64,000 bases of DNA from Tubiluchus corallicola (taxonomy: Eukaryota > Animalia > Priapulida), in contig JAQGDQ010000398.1 in assembly GCA_030141605.1 (NCBI GenBank), forward strand, positions 62,001 through 126,000, read 5' to 3'. The translations under genes and the position numbers were made by a program. Below, piece after piece: positions 49,745 through 62,801 of the stretch (position 1 is its first letter; the number at the start of each line of letters is the position of its first letter). Below the pieces are notes generated by a model, which did not search any database, had not been told where the DNA came from, and saw only the letters and a program-made list of their open reading frames with translations.

Positions 49745-51996
49745 TTAATACTATTCGCGGACGGTATTCAATCTAACTGCTCAGTCTACTCAGTCAATCT
49801 ACTCAGACAAAATTTACCCGCACACGGCAATTAACCTTTGTACGAGTTAGGTGTTGTGTTTTAATCATTGCAAGTTTGGCCTATTTGGCGAAACGGATTT
49901 TTATAATTGGAATTTCGTAGCTTAAAAGATAAACCTCATTTACACCATAGTGGCAGACGGTGGAACGAATGTGTGCTAACCTCATATATAGTTGTCGTGC
50001 ACTTTGGAGGTTACACATACTCTACTGGGGCTTGGCGGAATTCGATCATTCTGGAGATGCCAGCATGCAGGCTTAAGCAATATGAGTAGGCGATGGAACT
50101 CGAACAAATACTGACCTGAAATGCGACACTCCACCAACTTATCTGTACAACACCACATCGATAACTTACTGGAAGAATTCTTGAGTGAATTTGATACCTT
50201 TGTAATTAACCTTATTTAATAATAAACTATAAACTATAATAATAAACTATCCTTTTGTTATTCTTAATTTGGCATGCTGTTCCAGTACCTGTGCTAAATA
50301 TGTGATCATTGCCAAGAACAAATAATATCCAAACGAAAACGTCACCTCAACATTCGAAATAAACTGTGTCAGGAGTAACCTATGGTAAACAAATGTTTTG
50401 ATGACACGTGACCAAAATGATTTCTTTTTATTGGTTTGATCTGGTTTTGCCTGAGGCAAATTTTAGTTCTGACCCTGCACACGAGAACAGGCATAGTTTG
50501 CCTAAGACAAAATGACTAAGACTAAGATGATGAAATGAAAGAACACATACAGCAGTGCAAGCCAAGCAAGCCATTTACTATCAAAATTAACAACATGCAC
50601 CTCACAGACTAGTATTAATTCTGTTGATTTATAAAACCATAGTTTAACAGCAATTCTGCGTATGTTCGCTTGTAAAATCTGTACGTATGTAAAATCTGAA
50701 ATAACGCCAAATTCAACAGTAAATTCAAATTAACAACTACATGCAGCGAGCTATGTGATAGGTAACTAAGGCAGCGCACCGCTCACGTGACACAACCTGC
50801 TAGATCGAGTGCGTGAAGTTAAGTATTCAAGAACAAAAAAATAAGAACGTAAATAACCAAAGAAAATAAAAAATTAAAATTAAACAATTGGGTTTCTGAC
50901 AAGAGAGAAAAATGAATATAAAGAAATAAAGAAAATAATTAAAAAAGCAAGAACAATATGTACCTTCAAAATATGTGACCAAAAAAGAAAGACATATGGA
51001 AGAAAATTAAACGAAATAAACAAGGTAAATCTGCAGTCGTTCATTTCTAAGAGATATTAAGTTGTAGAAAGTCGTGATCGATTTTTAAATTTATTTGTAT
51101 TCAACCTAACACTACAATAGGGTTACTCATTAGTAAACATTGACAGCAAGTGCCTACCAAGGTGTCAGCGGACCTTCAAACAGTATTCAGTTAAACATTA
51201 GAAATTCTTACACAGCTACCAGGAGATATATAATAATCTCAAGCATAAGGATGTTGCTGAGCTACTTATCTTAGCTGGTAAGCTGTGGCACACCAGGAGG
51301 CAAATGTTTGGAGCTACACTTGGCAACAAAGCAAGCAATGGTCGCATCACAGAAGTCTAGGTAGACTAGTTTAACAAAATTTGTATTCGTTATAATGATG
51401 TTTGTATGAGCTGAAAGAGCATGCAACCGCCATATAGATGTCACCAGAGAAAATGAAGGTTGGGAACAAAAAACAACCTACATAATTTAAAGCTTATAAA
51501 AGAAATTATATAATTATAACTAGGCAGAGGCACAAAATCAAATATATGCTCACTTTACTAAGAATATTTCACAAACAATCCTCACACGTCATCAAGATGT
51601 TTCAATGATATTCATAATTATGTAAACTGCTGTAAATTTTTTTAAATTTTTATCTATTACATAGCAGTAAACTTGTAATTCTATGTACAAATGTGTGCTA
51701 TTGTATTTAATGTTTTATACGTTAACACTGTTTAACCTGAATAGTCATCTGTAGCCCTCTCATATTATTATGCTCATTAACCCTATTACTAACAACAGTT
51801 ATATGCGTTTAACTGGTTATCTAACAAAACATTGATGTGCCTTTCGGTTGTTATCAGAGATTATGCAATGAACAGTTTTTATTATTATTTATTAGTAACA
51901 TCCTGTATCAATAATTCAACCAGCTAACTAATTAACCGAACAACCACTGAGCAATCAACAGATAAACAGATCGTCTGCCAATCAATCAATGTAAAG

Positions 51997-54900
51997 TTAT
52001 TTTGCGTTCTTTGATTGATTAGAAAACAATTTTATTTGACGTTCTTGTAACTCTAAAACAAAACTCCTCTGCTCTCTTGAGTGATCAGTGCAGCCTTCTG
52101 GCACATGAGATTTCAACTTAGGAAGTGACCAGACTTTATTAAGTCGGTTAGAACGTACAACCTTTCCTTCGTCAAAACAAGCTGATCTTTGCAGCTCAGT
52201 TTCACGTCTAAGCACGTCTAAGTCTCGCTTCATGTTTTCTCGCCCGTACTGCCTCACTTTTTCATCAAAAATTGCTGTGAAATGTTTGTATAACATAAAG
52301 TCTTTCGAGCACCATTCTGTTGCCAGCTTCACGTCTGTTTCGGTGAGATTTGCTCTGTACTTGGAATCCCGTACGTTAAGTGGAAAAACGACAATGTCAC
52401 TCCATTGCCAGCCAAGGAGGTGCCTCAATAACACCAAAGACTCCTCAAATCTTTCCAAAATCATTACCAGATCAAATTCCTTCTCGATCATTTTTATGAT
52501 TCTGTCCACGATTTCTTCGTTCTTCATATCGGTTGGCGTTAAACCAAACATAAACAGCATTGAGTTGTGCATTCTAAGTCCATCTAGTCCAGAGTCTCTT
52601 TTGTCATGGAAGTCTGGATTGCTTAAGAAGGTTGTAAAGTTGATTCCAAATCGTTCATCCCTACGGATATATGAATAGAAAGATTCTAACTGTGTTGCCG
52701 GATGTCGTATAATAGTGATTAACTTGGCGTTTGGCATGAGCTGTTTAATAGTGTCCAAATTGAACCTGGTATGTTGAACGAGCAGGTTGTACTTTTTTTG
52801 CGAGTTATGTATTAGTGTTTCAGCGTTGTACTTGAATGGCGCAGTTAAACTGAATGCGGATTTTCCTTTGCTGTGATGAAGAACAAAAGATAAATTGTGC
52901 ATTTTCCCATATCTAAAGAATATGTTCTGAATGGTAGTGCCACCACATTTTGGTATTTTTAAAAAGTACACGTCGTTAATTGGCGCTTTGAAACCGGAGC
53001 TGTTAGCTTGTGGCATCTGATACACGTTGTTAATTGGCGCTTTGAAACCGGAGCTGTTAGCTTGTGGCATCTGATACACATCGTTAATTGACGCTTTTAA
53101 ACCGGAGCTGTTAGCTTGTGGCAACTGATACACGTCGTTAATTGGCTCTTTTAAGCCGGAGCTGTTAGCTTGTGGCAACTGATACACATCGTTAATTGGT
53201 GCTTTGAAACCGGGGCTGTTAACTTGTGGCACCTGATACACATCGTTAATTGGCGCTTTGAAACCGGAGCTGTTAGCTTGTGGCATCTGATACACGTCGT
53301 TAATTGGCGCTTTGAAACCGGAGCTGTTAGCTTGTGGCATCTGATACACGTCGTTAATTGGCGCTTTGAAACCGGAGCTGTTAGCTTGTAGCAACTGAAT
53401 CTGATTACGCGGTCTGAAAATAAAAGATTTGAACAAAATCATTTATTTTTAGCAGTGACGAGGTATAAACTTTTCATTATACTGATCTATTTCAGTTTGT
53501 TGTATGATCTATTCTTACGCATATGGATCATACTTTTAACAGTTAGGAGATATGAAAATTCGTTTGTACTTGTGGTGAAGTGTTGATATCAGTACTTCGA
53601 ATGTAGGTAAAAATGGCACGCTTAGCAAAATACGACTGTAGTGTTAGGGTTGCTGTGGGGGATAATTATCTTAGTTATTTTGCCTCTGCCAAGGAAGTTA
53701 TGCTTTCAATACAGTTTGTTTATTTGTTTGTTTTGTTGGTTGTTTTTTGTCTGTTATAGCAGTAATCTCATTACGCAAAAACTACATGACAGATATTTAC
53801 GAAACTTTGTGGATTCATATTATTAAAACCATATTATGTGGTTTTATTATAGAAATCAATTGCATCAAAATAACATAATAAAATGTGCCATTTTTACCGT
53901 GCCATTTTTACCAGTTCCATTTTTACCAGGGCCATTTCTCCTGTGCTATTTCAGCTACTTTTCCATTTGTGTTATTTTTACCTGTACCATTCTTACCTGC
54001 GCCATTTTTACCTGTGGTATTTTTACTTGTGCCATTTCTCATGCGCTATTTTCACCTACTTTTCCATTGGTGCCATTTTTACCTGTACCATAAAATGACT
54101 ACAGAAAAAGAAGCTGCAGTTAGGGAGTAAAAAAATCTCACTCAAATGAGTATGAACACAGACGCTAAACTGACCCCTTTCAACTTTTCACATGCGAATT
54201 TCTCAGAAGGAAAGGGAATTCTAGAGTAACTGCCCAACGAACTTATATTACTTAGCAATACGCTTACCTGTTTGAAAAGAAAATTTAGATTAATCGCACC
54301 ACTGGCAGAGCGGCACTATATTATTATGCCAGTGGGCACCACTCACATGCCATAAACAAATTAGTGGTGTTTTTTCACAATAAAAAGTAAGTTTAACGGA
54401 AAGTAAAGTTAAACTTCTGTTTAGTTATCGAAGCGTGTGCTACGAATGCTCTGATTATTTTTCTAACTTTATACAATGTTATCTAGATTTATACTGTTAT
54501 GAATTTATTTTAAAATAAGAAATTAATTAGGAAATTAATTGATAAGAATTTGGAACCAGATTAATTGTAACCGATAAGATCATGAACGAAGTTTATGCCG
54601 TTCGACCATAATGACTCACTCAGCTTGTACCTTGAATTTAATGTGTTAAGAATCAGAGGTTGATAGATTGTAGAGAATTGAAATATTAAATAAATGCGGT
54701 AGACCTGTAACATAAATGAACTTTGAGAGTCAGGAAGTCTCATTAGCCCATATAGCTTGGAATACGCTGATACGAAGGAGAGCGACTTCCGAAATCAAAT
54801 AGCCACTGGTCAAAGTCTCTATTGTTCGAAGTAGGTGACTGTCACCTTCGAAAATTAGCCCAGAGACTCAGGCTATATGCTATGGGCCCAAGGATAATAA

Positions 54901-56082
54901 ATCGCTGTCCTCTCAGTATCAATGGGTACCATCAGAATCGATAGGTACCATCTTAGATGAGCATCCAAGGAGCTCTTAAACGTGTCACTTGCTAATGTCA
55001 TGACACGTGACCTTTGATTCAAAAGCCAGTGCAGAGAGCTCTGGGTGCTTGTTGATGCTTGGGTTGCGAGGCGAGAAGAGCTGCCGATAGCTGTGAGGTC
55101 TACCAGAGAGGCGATCTTGGAGAAGAGACACTTTCTTTAGCTCAGCGTGGAGAAGAATTCTACGTCGTTTGTGTATCAAACCGCTGATGCTAAGATTCTC
55201 GATTAGGAGTCTGGATATGGCCAATTACAGTTGTTAGATTGGCCAGGCCACAAGTTAAGTAACTTTACTATTATTTTAGTTACTGTAACGGATCGTTTTG
55301 CTTGCAATAACCTGTATTTCGTGCACAAGAAGTGCAAGCATAGCAGTTTAATAATTAAGTGTTGATCGGTATATTATTTGTAATATACCTCTTCTAGTTG
55401 TAAGCTCCCACAAGCGCATAAGTTAAATATTTGTAAAAGTCAAATCGCAGATTTGTTTAATGTTCGGAACTTAGTTTAATAAAACTATCATCACTGTTAA
55501 TGATTGTTGAATTGCCTTGCTGTACTAGAAGTAATTAAAGTGCATTCTCGTTAAAAACACTATCTGCTTTTACGAACTTGGAATATTCACACTAAAAGGC
55601 TTATTGCGGAAGCCAGCTTGATAACTCGAGAGATAAAGATATATTCTCACAACGCATACTTCGCAGTTCTATATCGTGTAGGAAATCATGATCGCCCTAT
55701 CGACCTAACCTAAGCTCTCGGAGTCGGGCAATTAATCAGTTACACAATTAATTGTCTTTAAGCGTGTGAATGAATCAATCAATTAATTAATCAATTAATT
55801 AGATAAGTCGTTTGCATAAAAGAAGCAGCGATAATACCAAACGACAGCCTAAATATGGCTGCGCCTAACGGTCATCGCGGGAGTTTAAGTTTGCAAGTTG
55901 CATACAGCGTCACTGGAACTTCTAACGCAACGCTAACGACGCAATAAGACAACATGTGAGTGATGTAAAATACCTCGTACTTACATGTGAGAGTCGCACT
56001 TGCTCTGCAAAAAGATAAAGGCCGCCACGTAACAGGAAGCAAGTAAGGTTACGACTTTGAGGAATTTTTTGTAACGCACCAT
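51997..56082 (-). CDS. Galactose-3-O-sulfotransferase-like (GAL3ST family) type II Golgi enzyme, 504 aa; coding exons 56082-55985 and 53413-51997
   Basis: The first coding exon is MVRYKKFLKVVTLLASCYVAAFIFLQSKCDSH (signal anchor), ending AT|gtaagt. The acceptor ttttcag|A at 53413 is in phase. Catalytic motifs: FLKIPKCGGTTIQNIFFRYG (5'-PSB), LLVQHTRF, ITIIRHP..ESFYSY (3'-PB), FDLVMILERFEESLVLL, DFMLYKHF. Possible 5' UTR exons lie at ~56610-56711 and above 56780. Confidence 0.9.
52966..53397 (-). repeat. Coding minisatellite, 8 x 54 bp (QMPQANSSGFKAPINDVY), in the sulfotransferase stem
   Basis: Eight in-frame 18-aa units counted in the translation. Confidence 0.97.
53603..54090. mobile_element. 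Non-autonomous DNA element with modular ~15-bp subterminal repeats
   Basis: GGTAAAAATGGCAC (~53607) is inverted relative to the degenerate tandem GTGCCATTTTTACC units at 53884-54088. Confidence 0.6.
54495..55836 (+). mobile_element. ~1.3-kb insertion (possible solo LTR) splitting an older dispersed repeat
   Basis: The flanks 54432-54485 and 55838-55915 are collinear with the contiguous sequence at 7890-8036. The insert begins TGTTAT, ends ATAATA and contains an AATAAA. No clear TSD. Confidence 0.45.
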
Positions 56083-58721
56083 GCCTGAAAAAATGATGTT
56101 GTAATATTCGAAAGAATAAAATCAGTTTAGTAAAGTCAAAATAAAATATTAAACAATTCACTTTACTGAATATTTAATATTTTGTATTGCTTTTGAAAAC
56201 ATGGTAATACGCAATAATTAACAATTATTAGCAATAATATTATTTTGCTCACACGAGAAATTGAATTTCAGCAATTCAAAAGAATGAGTAAAGTGAAATT
56301 CAGAAGCTACATTTTTTAAAAATGTTAAACTAGATATTCAACTTGAATAAAGTAAATAATGAAATTCTGTTTATAAAATGTTTGCTAGATTAATAATTAT
56401 TCCCACTAAAACGTGACAGTGTCTGGGGATAGTTACCTGTAATACTGGCTGCTTGAAAATAGTGGCTTCATACACAATTATAATTTTCTCTATTTGATCT
56501 TCAGTAATATGAAATTTGACATTATTGTACATAAAATTAGAAATATAGTCCCAAAGCAAATATAATTTCGACAATAATTTCTAGAATACAAAATAATAAT
56601 AAAACTTACCGTGAATTTTTCTAAAACAGTATTTCGTGAACAGTTGAGTAAGACAGCTTTTGAATCGCGGGTTCTTGACTTGTCATTACCAGATTAACAA
56701 AACTGTGTTACCTGTGTAAAGTAAAAGAAAAACAGCAATAAAAACCAATAAGTACGCGTGTAAGGCAGGACTCGTTTACCTTAGAGGCTCATGCACGTTG
56801 TTCAAAGACTTCTGGATACCTGTTGTATCATTGTGCTTTGCGGTTCATAATTGTTTTTCGATTTTCGGTCTATAATTGTGATAACCAGGGTGGCTTGCTG
56901 GAGAGGCAGGACGGGCCTAAATGGCAGACTGCTGCTGATTTATATTTATTCCCGTAATGTTGCGTGCCTACTTGTCCTATTTTTTGAACAATTGACAAAT
57001 TCTGTATGACAAACGTGTGATGTATGTTTTAGGGTGCTAAATCCCCAAGAAAATTAGTTTACTTTTATTTCGAAAAAATCTTCATTTAATTTAAAAAAGA
57101 TTACTAGTTTCCGGTGTACTAAAACTGTTTCTATGGCCACTCAGTTACTCTTGCTAAACTACCAAGTACTGCACCAAGAAGAAATATGGCAAGATGACGA
57201 CCCAAAATTAAATGGACCAGATGTGACGGATACATCTGACAACGGGAACGCACTTGACCAGACATATTCAACCGCTTCTACATCACTCAGGAGTAGAAGA
57301 GAACACAATAACAACAGACTTTAGACGTACGACATAGAAAACAACAATTCTGCAGGAGTTATATAAGTATAATACTTTGATTTTATTGTCAAACTATACT
57401 TCAAAAATGCAGCTATTTTAGTCCCTTATATTTTGCCCCTTAAAAGTTGGTATTTTCCTCAGAACTTTATTTTACGCCCCCCCCCTCATAATCTAAATGT
57501 TATTTATAACACCATTAATTTGCGCCTCCATACCTTATTAAAAATTTATTCAGAACAACATTATTTTGTGCCCCCCATAAATAAACGTTATTTAGCCCTA
57601 CAATCCATTAACAACAATTTTCATTTAGCCCAGTAATTTCCTTTCCCAAAATATTGTACCACACCTGCATTATTACAGTTTTTATGTGTTTTTTATATTA
57701 ACCGGAGAAGACATAGATAATATACAATGTTAACTATGACATGCAATGATGATATGCAACGAATATGATACACAATGATATGCAATGATTTAATTTTAAT
57801 CTGCAACGATAGAAACAAGGATTATTATGATAGTTGCAATGATATGTATTGATTATTACGTTATAGATGTATTCATAAGTATTAATTATGGTTTATCAAT
57901 GCATCGTTAGGTATGGATTATTATGATATTGGTTGGTATGTATTGATTGATTATTATGATTTTTCCTTAATACAATGACTTAATGACAAAGCATTTTAAT
58001 ATTAATTATGAAATTTCAAATATTTGTATTTAAAGTTGATGTTCACATTACACATTACACATGTGCACATTACACATGTACACATTACACAGTACACATT
58101 ACGCATTACGCACTACACATTACACGTGTACACGTTACAGTTTAAATTCATGCAGACCTCTCCAAGGTCATCATTTGTAGCCACTTGCTTTTCGGCCTTG
58201 ATTCACACAGTTTAGTAGAGTATGTGTTACTCTCCTGACTCAGTAATTTGGTTTCATTGACTTATTGCTACATTGTAACTATAATTGATAATCTGAATAT
58301 ACCAATAGTTTATAAAATTGATGATTACACTATAATAGTGCTTTAATACTTACCGTCTTAATTCGTAAAACAAATATTATTGTTTTAGTGCTCCTACTAG
58401 TATTATTGTCCTTTGATTATGGCCCTATATATGATTAATATGGCATATACAAGTTCTAATAATATGATAACTTGATTTCAGTTTTTAGCCTGGTTGGAAA
58501 TTTAGTATATTACATAACTTCTCTCATATTCAGTTTAAACGTCTGTTTTGTTGTTATTATGTACTCATCTTGACTCGCTGCAAACGTGGCTGGCTGGCTT
58601 TACTTGCTAGCATATATATTTTTTTTACACTTTTATACTTACACTCCTTTAACGATATTTTATTCTACCTTTTTTACTTTTCTATTCTCTAATCTCTTTA
58701 ATTTTAATTTTCCCTGCACTT

Positions 58722-59699
58722 TTGATGGTACCTGTAAACAGATTCTGTCCAATATGTGATAAATGTATTCGACGTAACCAGCGGGCATTGAACTGCGACT
58801 GTTGCGGCGGAACTATTCATATCAAATGTACTTATTTTTCGTTAAAAGATAAACTACCAGCTGCTGGAGATGTCTGGTTTTGCCACGTCTGCTTGCAAAA
58901 CTTATTCCCTTATAATAATATTATAGACGACAATGAATTTGAATTCGCTGTCAGACCTTCAATAAATTACTCTATCCTGGATGATTCTAAGATTGATAGG
59001 TAATTTGAACAAGCGTGAACATGTAGGTCTTAATCTTTTTAAGAATTATTCTATTCTAGTGCTAGATGATCTAATAAACCTGAATACCGGTGTGTACATC
59101 TACAAAACCAAACATAAACTTCACCCCGCTTTCTTTTTAAACCCATTATCTATTAACGTAAGACATTGCTCAGCAAGATTTAACGAATTTCGTATTTAGT
59201 ATTGCAGGACTGACGCGGCAAGGCACTTCATCAGTAACACTGGCCCTAAACTTTGGAATAACATAAACAAATACATAAAAAATTCTTTATCTATAAATAA
59301 CTTCAAAAGAAACTTTAAAAATGAAATCTTTTCTAATTATACAGAATAAATCAATTTGATTAATTACTGTACCATGCAGTCCCTATCGGAATCAATTGTG
59401 TTGCTGGCTATGTCAATTTTACATTTCTATATTTCATGTTACTTCATACAGATACCATCACATCTTTCTTCTTCTTTCTATTCTCTATTAACCTTTCTTC
59501 TACTCCTTTAGTGCTCTTTTCTATTACACTCAGTCCACATTCATTTGGGGTACTCTAAACTTCTACTTCTTGAGTACCCCACGGGTCATTTGCGGCTTGG
59601 CATCTTGTACACATAATAATAAATATATTATTAAATACTTTTATGTACAATGCTGTAATGATCATTGTGAATATATTTAATAAATAAATAAATAAATAC
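58722..59699 (+). mobile_element. Internally deleted CR1/L2-group LINE (ORF2 PHD joined to ORF2 C-terminus and 3' UTR)
   Basis: PHD CPICDKCIRRNQRALNCDCCGGTIHIKC..WFCHVC..FPYN is followed by C-terminal motifs (EHVGLNLFK..L.LDDL, GPKLWNNI..FKRNFK). A 3' stem-loop GGGGTACTC..GAGTACCCC (59547-59580) and an (AAAT)n tail follow. Confidence 0.8.
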
Positions 59700-60362
59700 A
59701 CACAAACTCATGTTAGAGAGCAACTACGTAAATCAAATAATGTATGAATATAATCACATTTTGTAACTAATATAACACTACGCATAACATTCATATATAT
59801 TCGTGTACATTAGACATTAGTTTGTAATGATGTACGGACATGTTACTACATTTATTTTTGGTGAGATACTCACTAACTTAATAATCATGCAGTAGTCAGT
59901 ACACATGTCAATACAGTTCACTGATAGTAGTATACCAAAAGCTGACCAATGTTAATAGCGGCGTGAGTACTTGGAAAATTAAAATATCATAGCATCAGAC
60001 TGTTTTGAATTTTTTTATAAACAACAGACGAGTAATAGGATTACATGCAAATATTTTACATTTGCTAATTTTTAAAATGTTTTAGAATTTTTCAATTATT
60101 TCATCATTTTTTAAAATATTTTGTATTTATTATTTTTTTATAAAATTAATACTGCTGAATTAATTACTTACAAGTTAGAATTACTTACAACTTATAAAAT
60201 TGCACCGTCTGTATGAAATATAATGTTTGTTAACACTGAACCATTATGTTAAATAGGAACCACAAGTCTGCACTTCAGCGATGCGACAGTTTACATTAAA
60301 TGTAAGATACACTTCCGGTGTCGAAGTCTTTACCCTGTGACAGTGTATGGTCAAATGACCTA

Positions 60363-60495
60363 CAATTCACTGTAACCAATAAGTAAACCTAGCCGTTCAG
60401 TCCAGATTATGTCGATCATGTTATTAATAACAGTACGTAATTGGAAAGCCACTGACTTACAAATGATTAAGGAGTTAACCCTAAGGAAAAAACTT
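60363..60495 (+). repeat. 133-bp dispersed direct repeat, copy A (copy B at 62802-62934)
   Basis: CAATTCA(C/T)TGTAACCAATAAGTAAACCTAGC..GGAGTTAACCCTAAGGAAAAAACTT is present at both sites with few substitutions. Confidence 0.92.
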
Positions 60496-60505
60496 GCATT
60501 TTGCA

Positions 60506-61834
60506 AAGTAGATGTAAGTATGCACGGTTTGAACGTAAATAAAGCAAATGAAAGTATGCACGGTTTGAACGTAAATAAAGCAAATGTATGTATGCACGGT
60601 TTGAACGTAAATAAAGCAAATGAAAGTATGCACGGTTTGAACGTAAATAAAGCAAATGTATGTATGCACGGTTTGAACGTAAATAAAGCAAATGTATGTA
60701 TGCACGGTTTGAAAGTAAATAAAGCAAATGTAAATATGCACGGTTTGAACGTAAATAAAGCAAATGTAAGTATGCACAGTTTGAACGTAAATAAAGCAAA
60801 TATAAGTATGCACGGTTTCAATGTAAATAAAGGAAATGTAAATATGCATGGTTTCAATGTAAATAAAGCAAATGTAAGTATGCACGGTTTCAATGCAAAT
60901 AAAGCAAATGTAAGTATGCACGGTTCCAATGCAAATAAAGCAAATGAAAGTATGCACAGTTTGAAAGTAAATAAAGCAAATGTAAGTATGCACGGTTTCA
61001 ATGCAAATAAAGCAAATGAAAGTATGCACAGTTTGAACGTAAATAAAGCAAATGAAAGTATGCACAGTTTGAACGTAAATAAAGCAAATGAAAGTATGCA
61101 CAGTTTGAACGTAAATAAAGCAAATGAAAGTATGCACGGTTTGAACGTAAATAAAGCAAATGTAAGTATGCACGGTTTCAATGCAAATAAAGCAAATGAA
61201 AGTATGCACTCTTTGAAAGTAAATAAAGCAAATGCAAGTATGCACGGTTTCAATGCAAATAAAGCAAATGAAAGTATGCACAGTTTGAACGTAAATAAAG
61301 CAAATGAAAGTATGCACAGTTTGAACGTAAATAAAGCAAATGAAAGTATGCACAGTTTGAAAGTAAATAAAGCAAATGTAAGTATGCACGGTTTCAATGC
61401 AAATAAAGCAAATGAAAGTATGCACAGTTTGAACGTAAATAAAGCAAATGAAAGTATGCACAGTTTGAACGTAAATAAAGCAAATGAAAGTATGCACAGT
61501 TTGAACGTAAATAAAGCAAATGAAAGTATGCACGGTTTGAACGTAAATAAAGCAAATGAAAGTATGCACGGTTTGAACGTAAATAAAGCAAATGTATGTA
61601 TGCACGGTTTGAACGTAAATAAAGCAAATGAAAGTATGCACGGTTTGAACGTAAATAAAGCAAATGTAAGTATGCACGGTTTGAACGTAAATAAAGCAAA
61701 TGTAAGTATGTGCGGTTTGAACGTAAATAAAGCAAATGAAAGTATGCACAGTTTGAACGTAAATAAAGCAAATGTAAATATGCACGGTTTGAACGTAAAT
61801 AAAGCAAATGCAAGTATGCACGATTTGAACGTAA
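60506..61834. repeat. Tandem minisatellite, ~37 x 36 bp (TTGAACGTAAATAAAGCAAATGAAAGTATGCACGGT)
   Basis: 37 units counted via the 12-aa translation LNVNKANESMHG. There are no indels and no unique spacers. Confidence 0.97.
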
Positions 61835-62384
61835 TATTGTTTATTATCGTTGTATAATCGTTTATTGCCTCTTCTGAATAACAAAAAATTACGGCGGACA
61901 AAATAACTAATAAAAACTTCATGTTACAGAGCGACACTTGAAAAAGAGATTTATCAAACCGCTCACTAACAACCGAATAGTTCTTACAAAATGAAGACAG
62001 CAACTATCGCGATAAGTTTCTAAAGACTGTTGGATACACATTATTTCTGAAATTCCAGTTCATTACATTTGTCGTGGTCTGTTCAAGAAATACATAGTCT
62101 TGCTCCGGGGTGATAAAAATATCCGTGGATTGTTATCAAAACCTGACCTACTGGCATACTGACGGTTTATTGCTATGCAATAAAAATAATTGTTAAGATA
62201 AACGTGAAAAGTGTTTTTGATATTATTCAGAATATAATACTTATTATATAAAAATCGGTATAAAGTAAAAGATTGTTTTACTTTATTCTGTATTCTGTAC
62301 AACAAAAAAATTAACTGTGAATGAACCAACAAATCCAAAAACAGGTTCCATACAAATTGTTAACGACTGTGACAACAACAGCGT

Positions 62385-62475
62385 ATTCACGGCGATGATA
62401 CCAATGACGGTGACTTCATTAGCAATGGAGCTTATGATAATGATCATGATGATTAGATTAATAATAATGATGATA

Positions 62476-62506
<31 letters not shown>

Positions 62507-62578
62507 CGATGACGGCGATGATGCGATGATCATGATCAATGATGATTATAATAATGATGATGATTATGATGATGACGT
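62385..62578. repeat. (GAT/AAT)n degenerate trinucleotide tract
   Basis: Directly visible. Confidence 0.9.
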
Positions 62579-62801
62579 TACACCAAAAATAAGAACGATA
62601 ATACCCGACGGGGAAGGGACACGTACATAGCTGAGTAGTCACAGTGTGTGCTTCGGTGTAGCACTGTCGGACCTAGCTAATAATAAGATAGGTTCTGGAC
62701 CGCTTTGTCGGCCATCACCACCTCTATGGATGAGGGAAGGTATCACAATCCAACTAAGGCACCTGTGTTGATTCAAGGACTATCTTTGGTAAAGAACTCT
62801 G

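Noticed and set aside
53836-54130. Hydrophobic repetitive ORFs (PFLP/CAIFT)
   Set aside because: They are translations of 15-bp subterminal repeats of an intronic DNA element.
56886-57668. hAT-like element with CAGG termini and GCCCC subterminal motifs
   Set aside because: The TIR match is too weak and no 8-bp TSD was found.
60506-61834. CRISPR array (36-bp repeat length)
   Set aside because: The units are head-to-tail with no unique spacers, there are no cas genes, and the context is eukaryotic.
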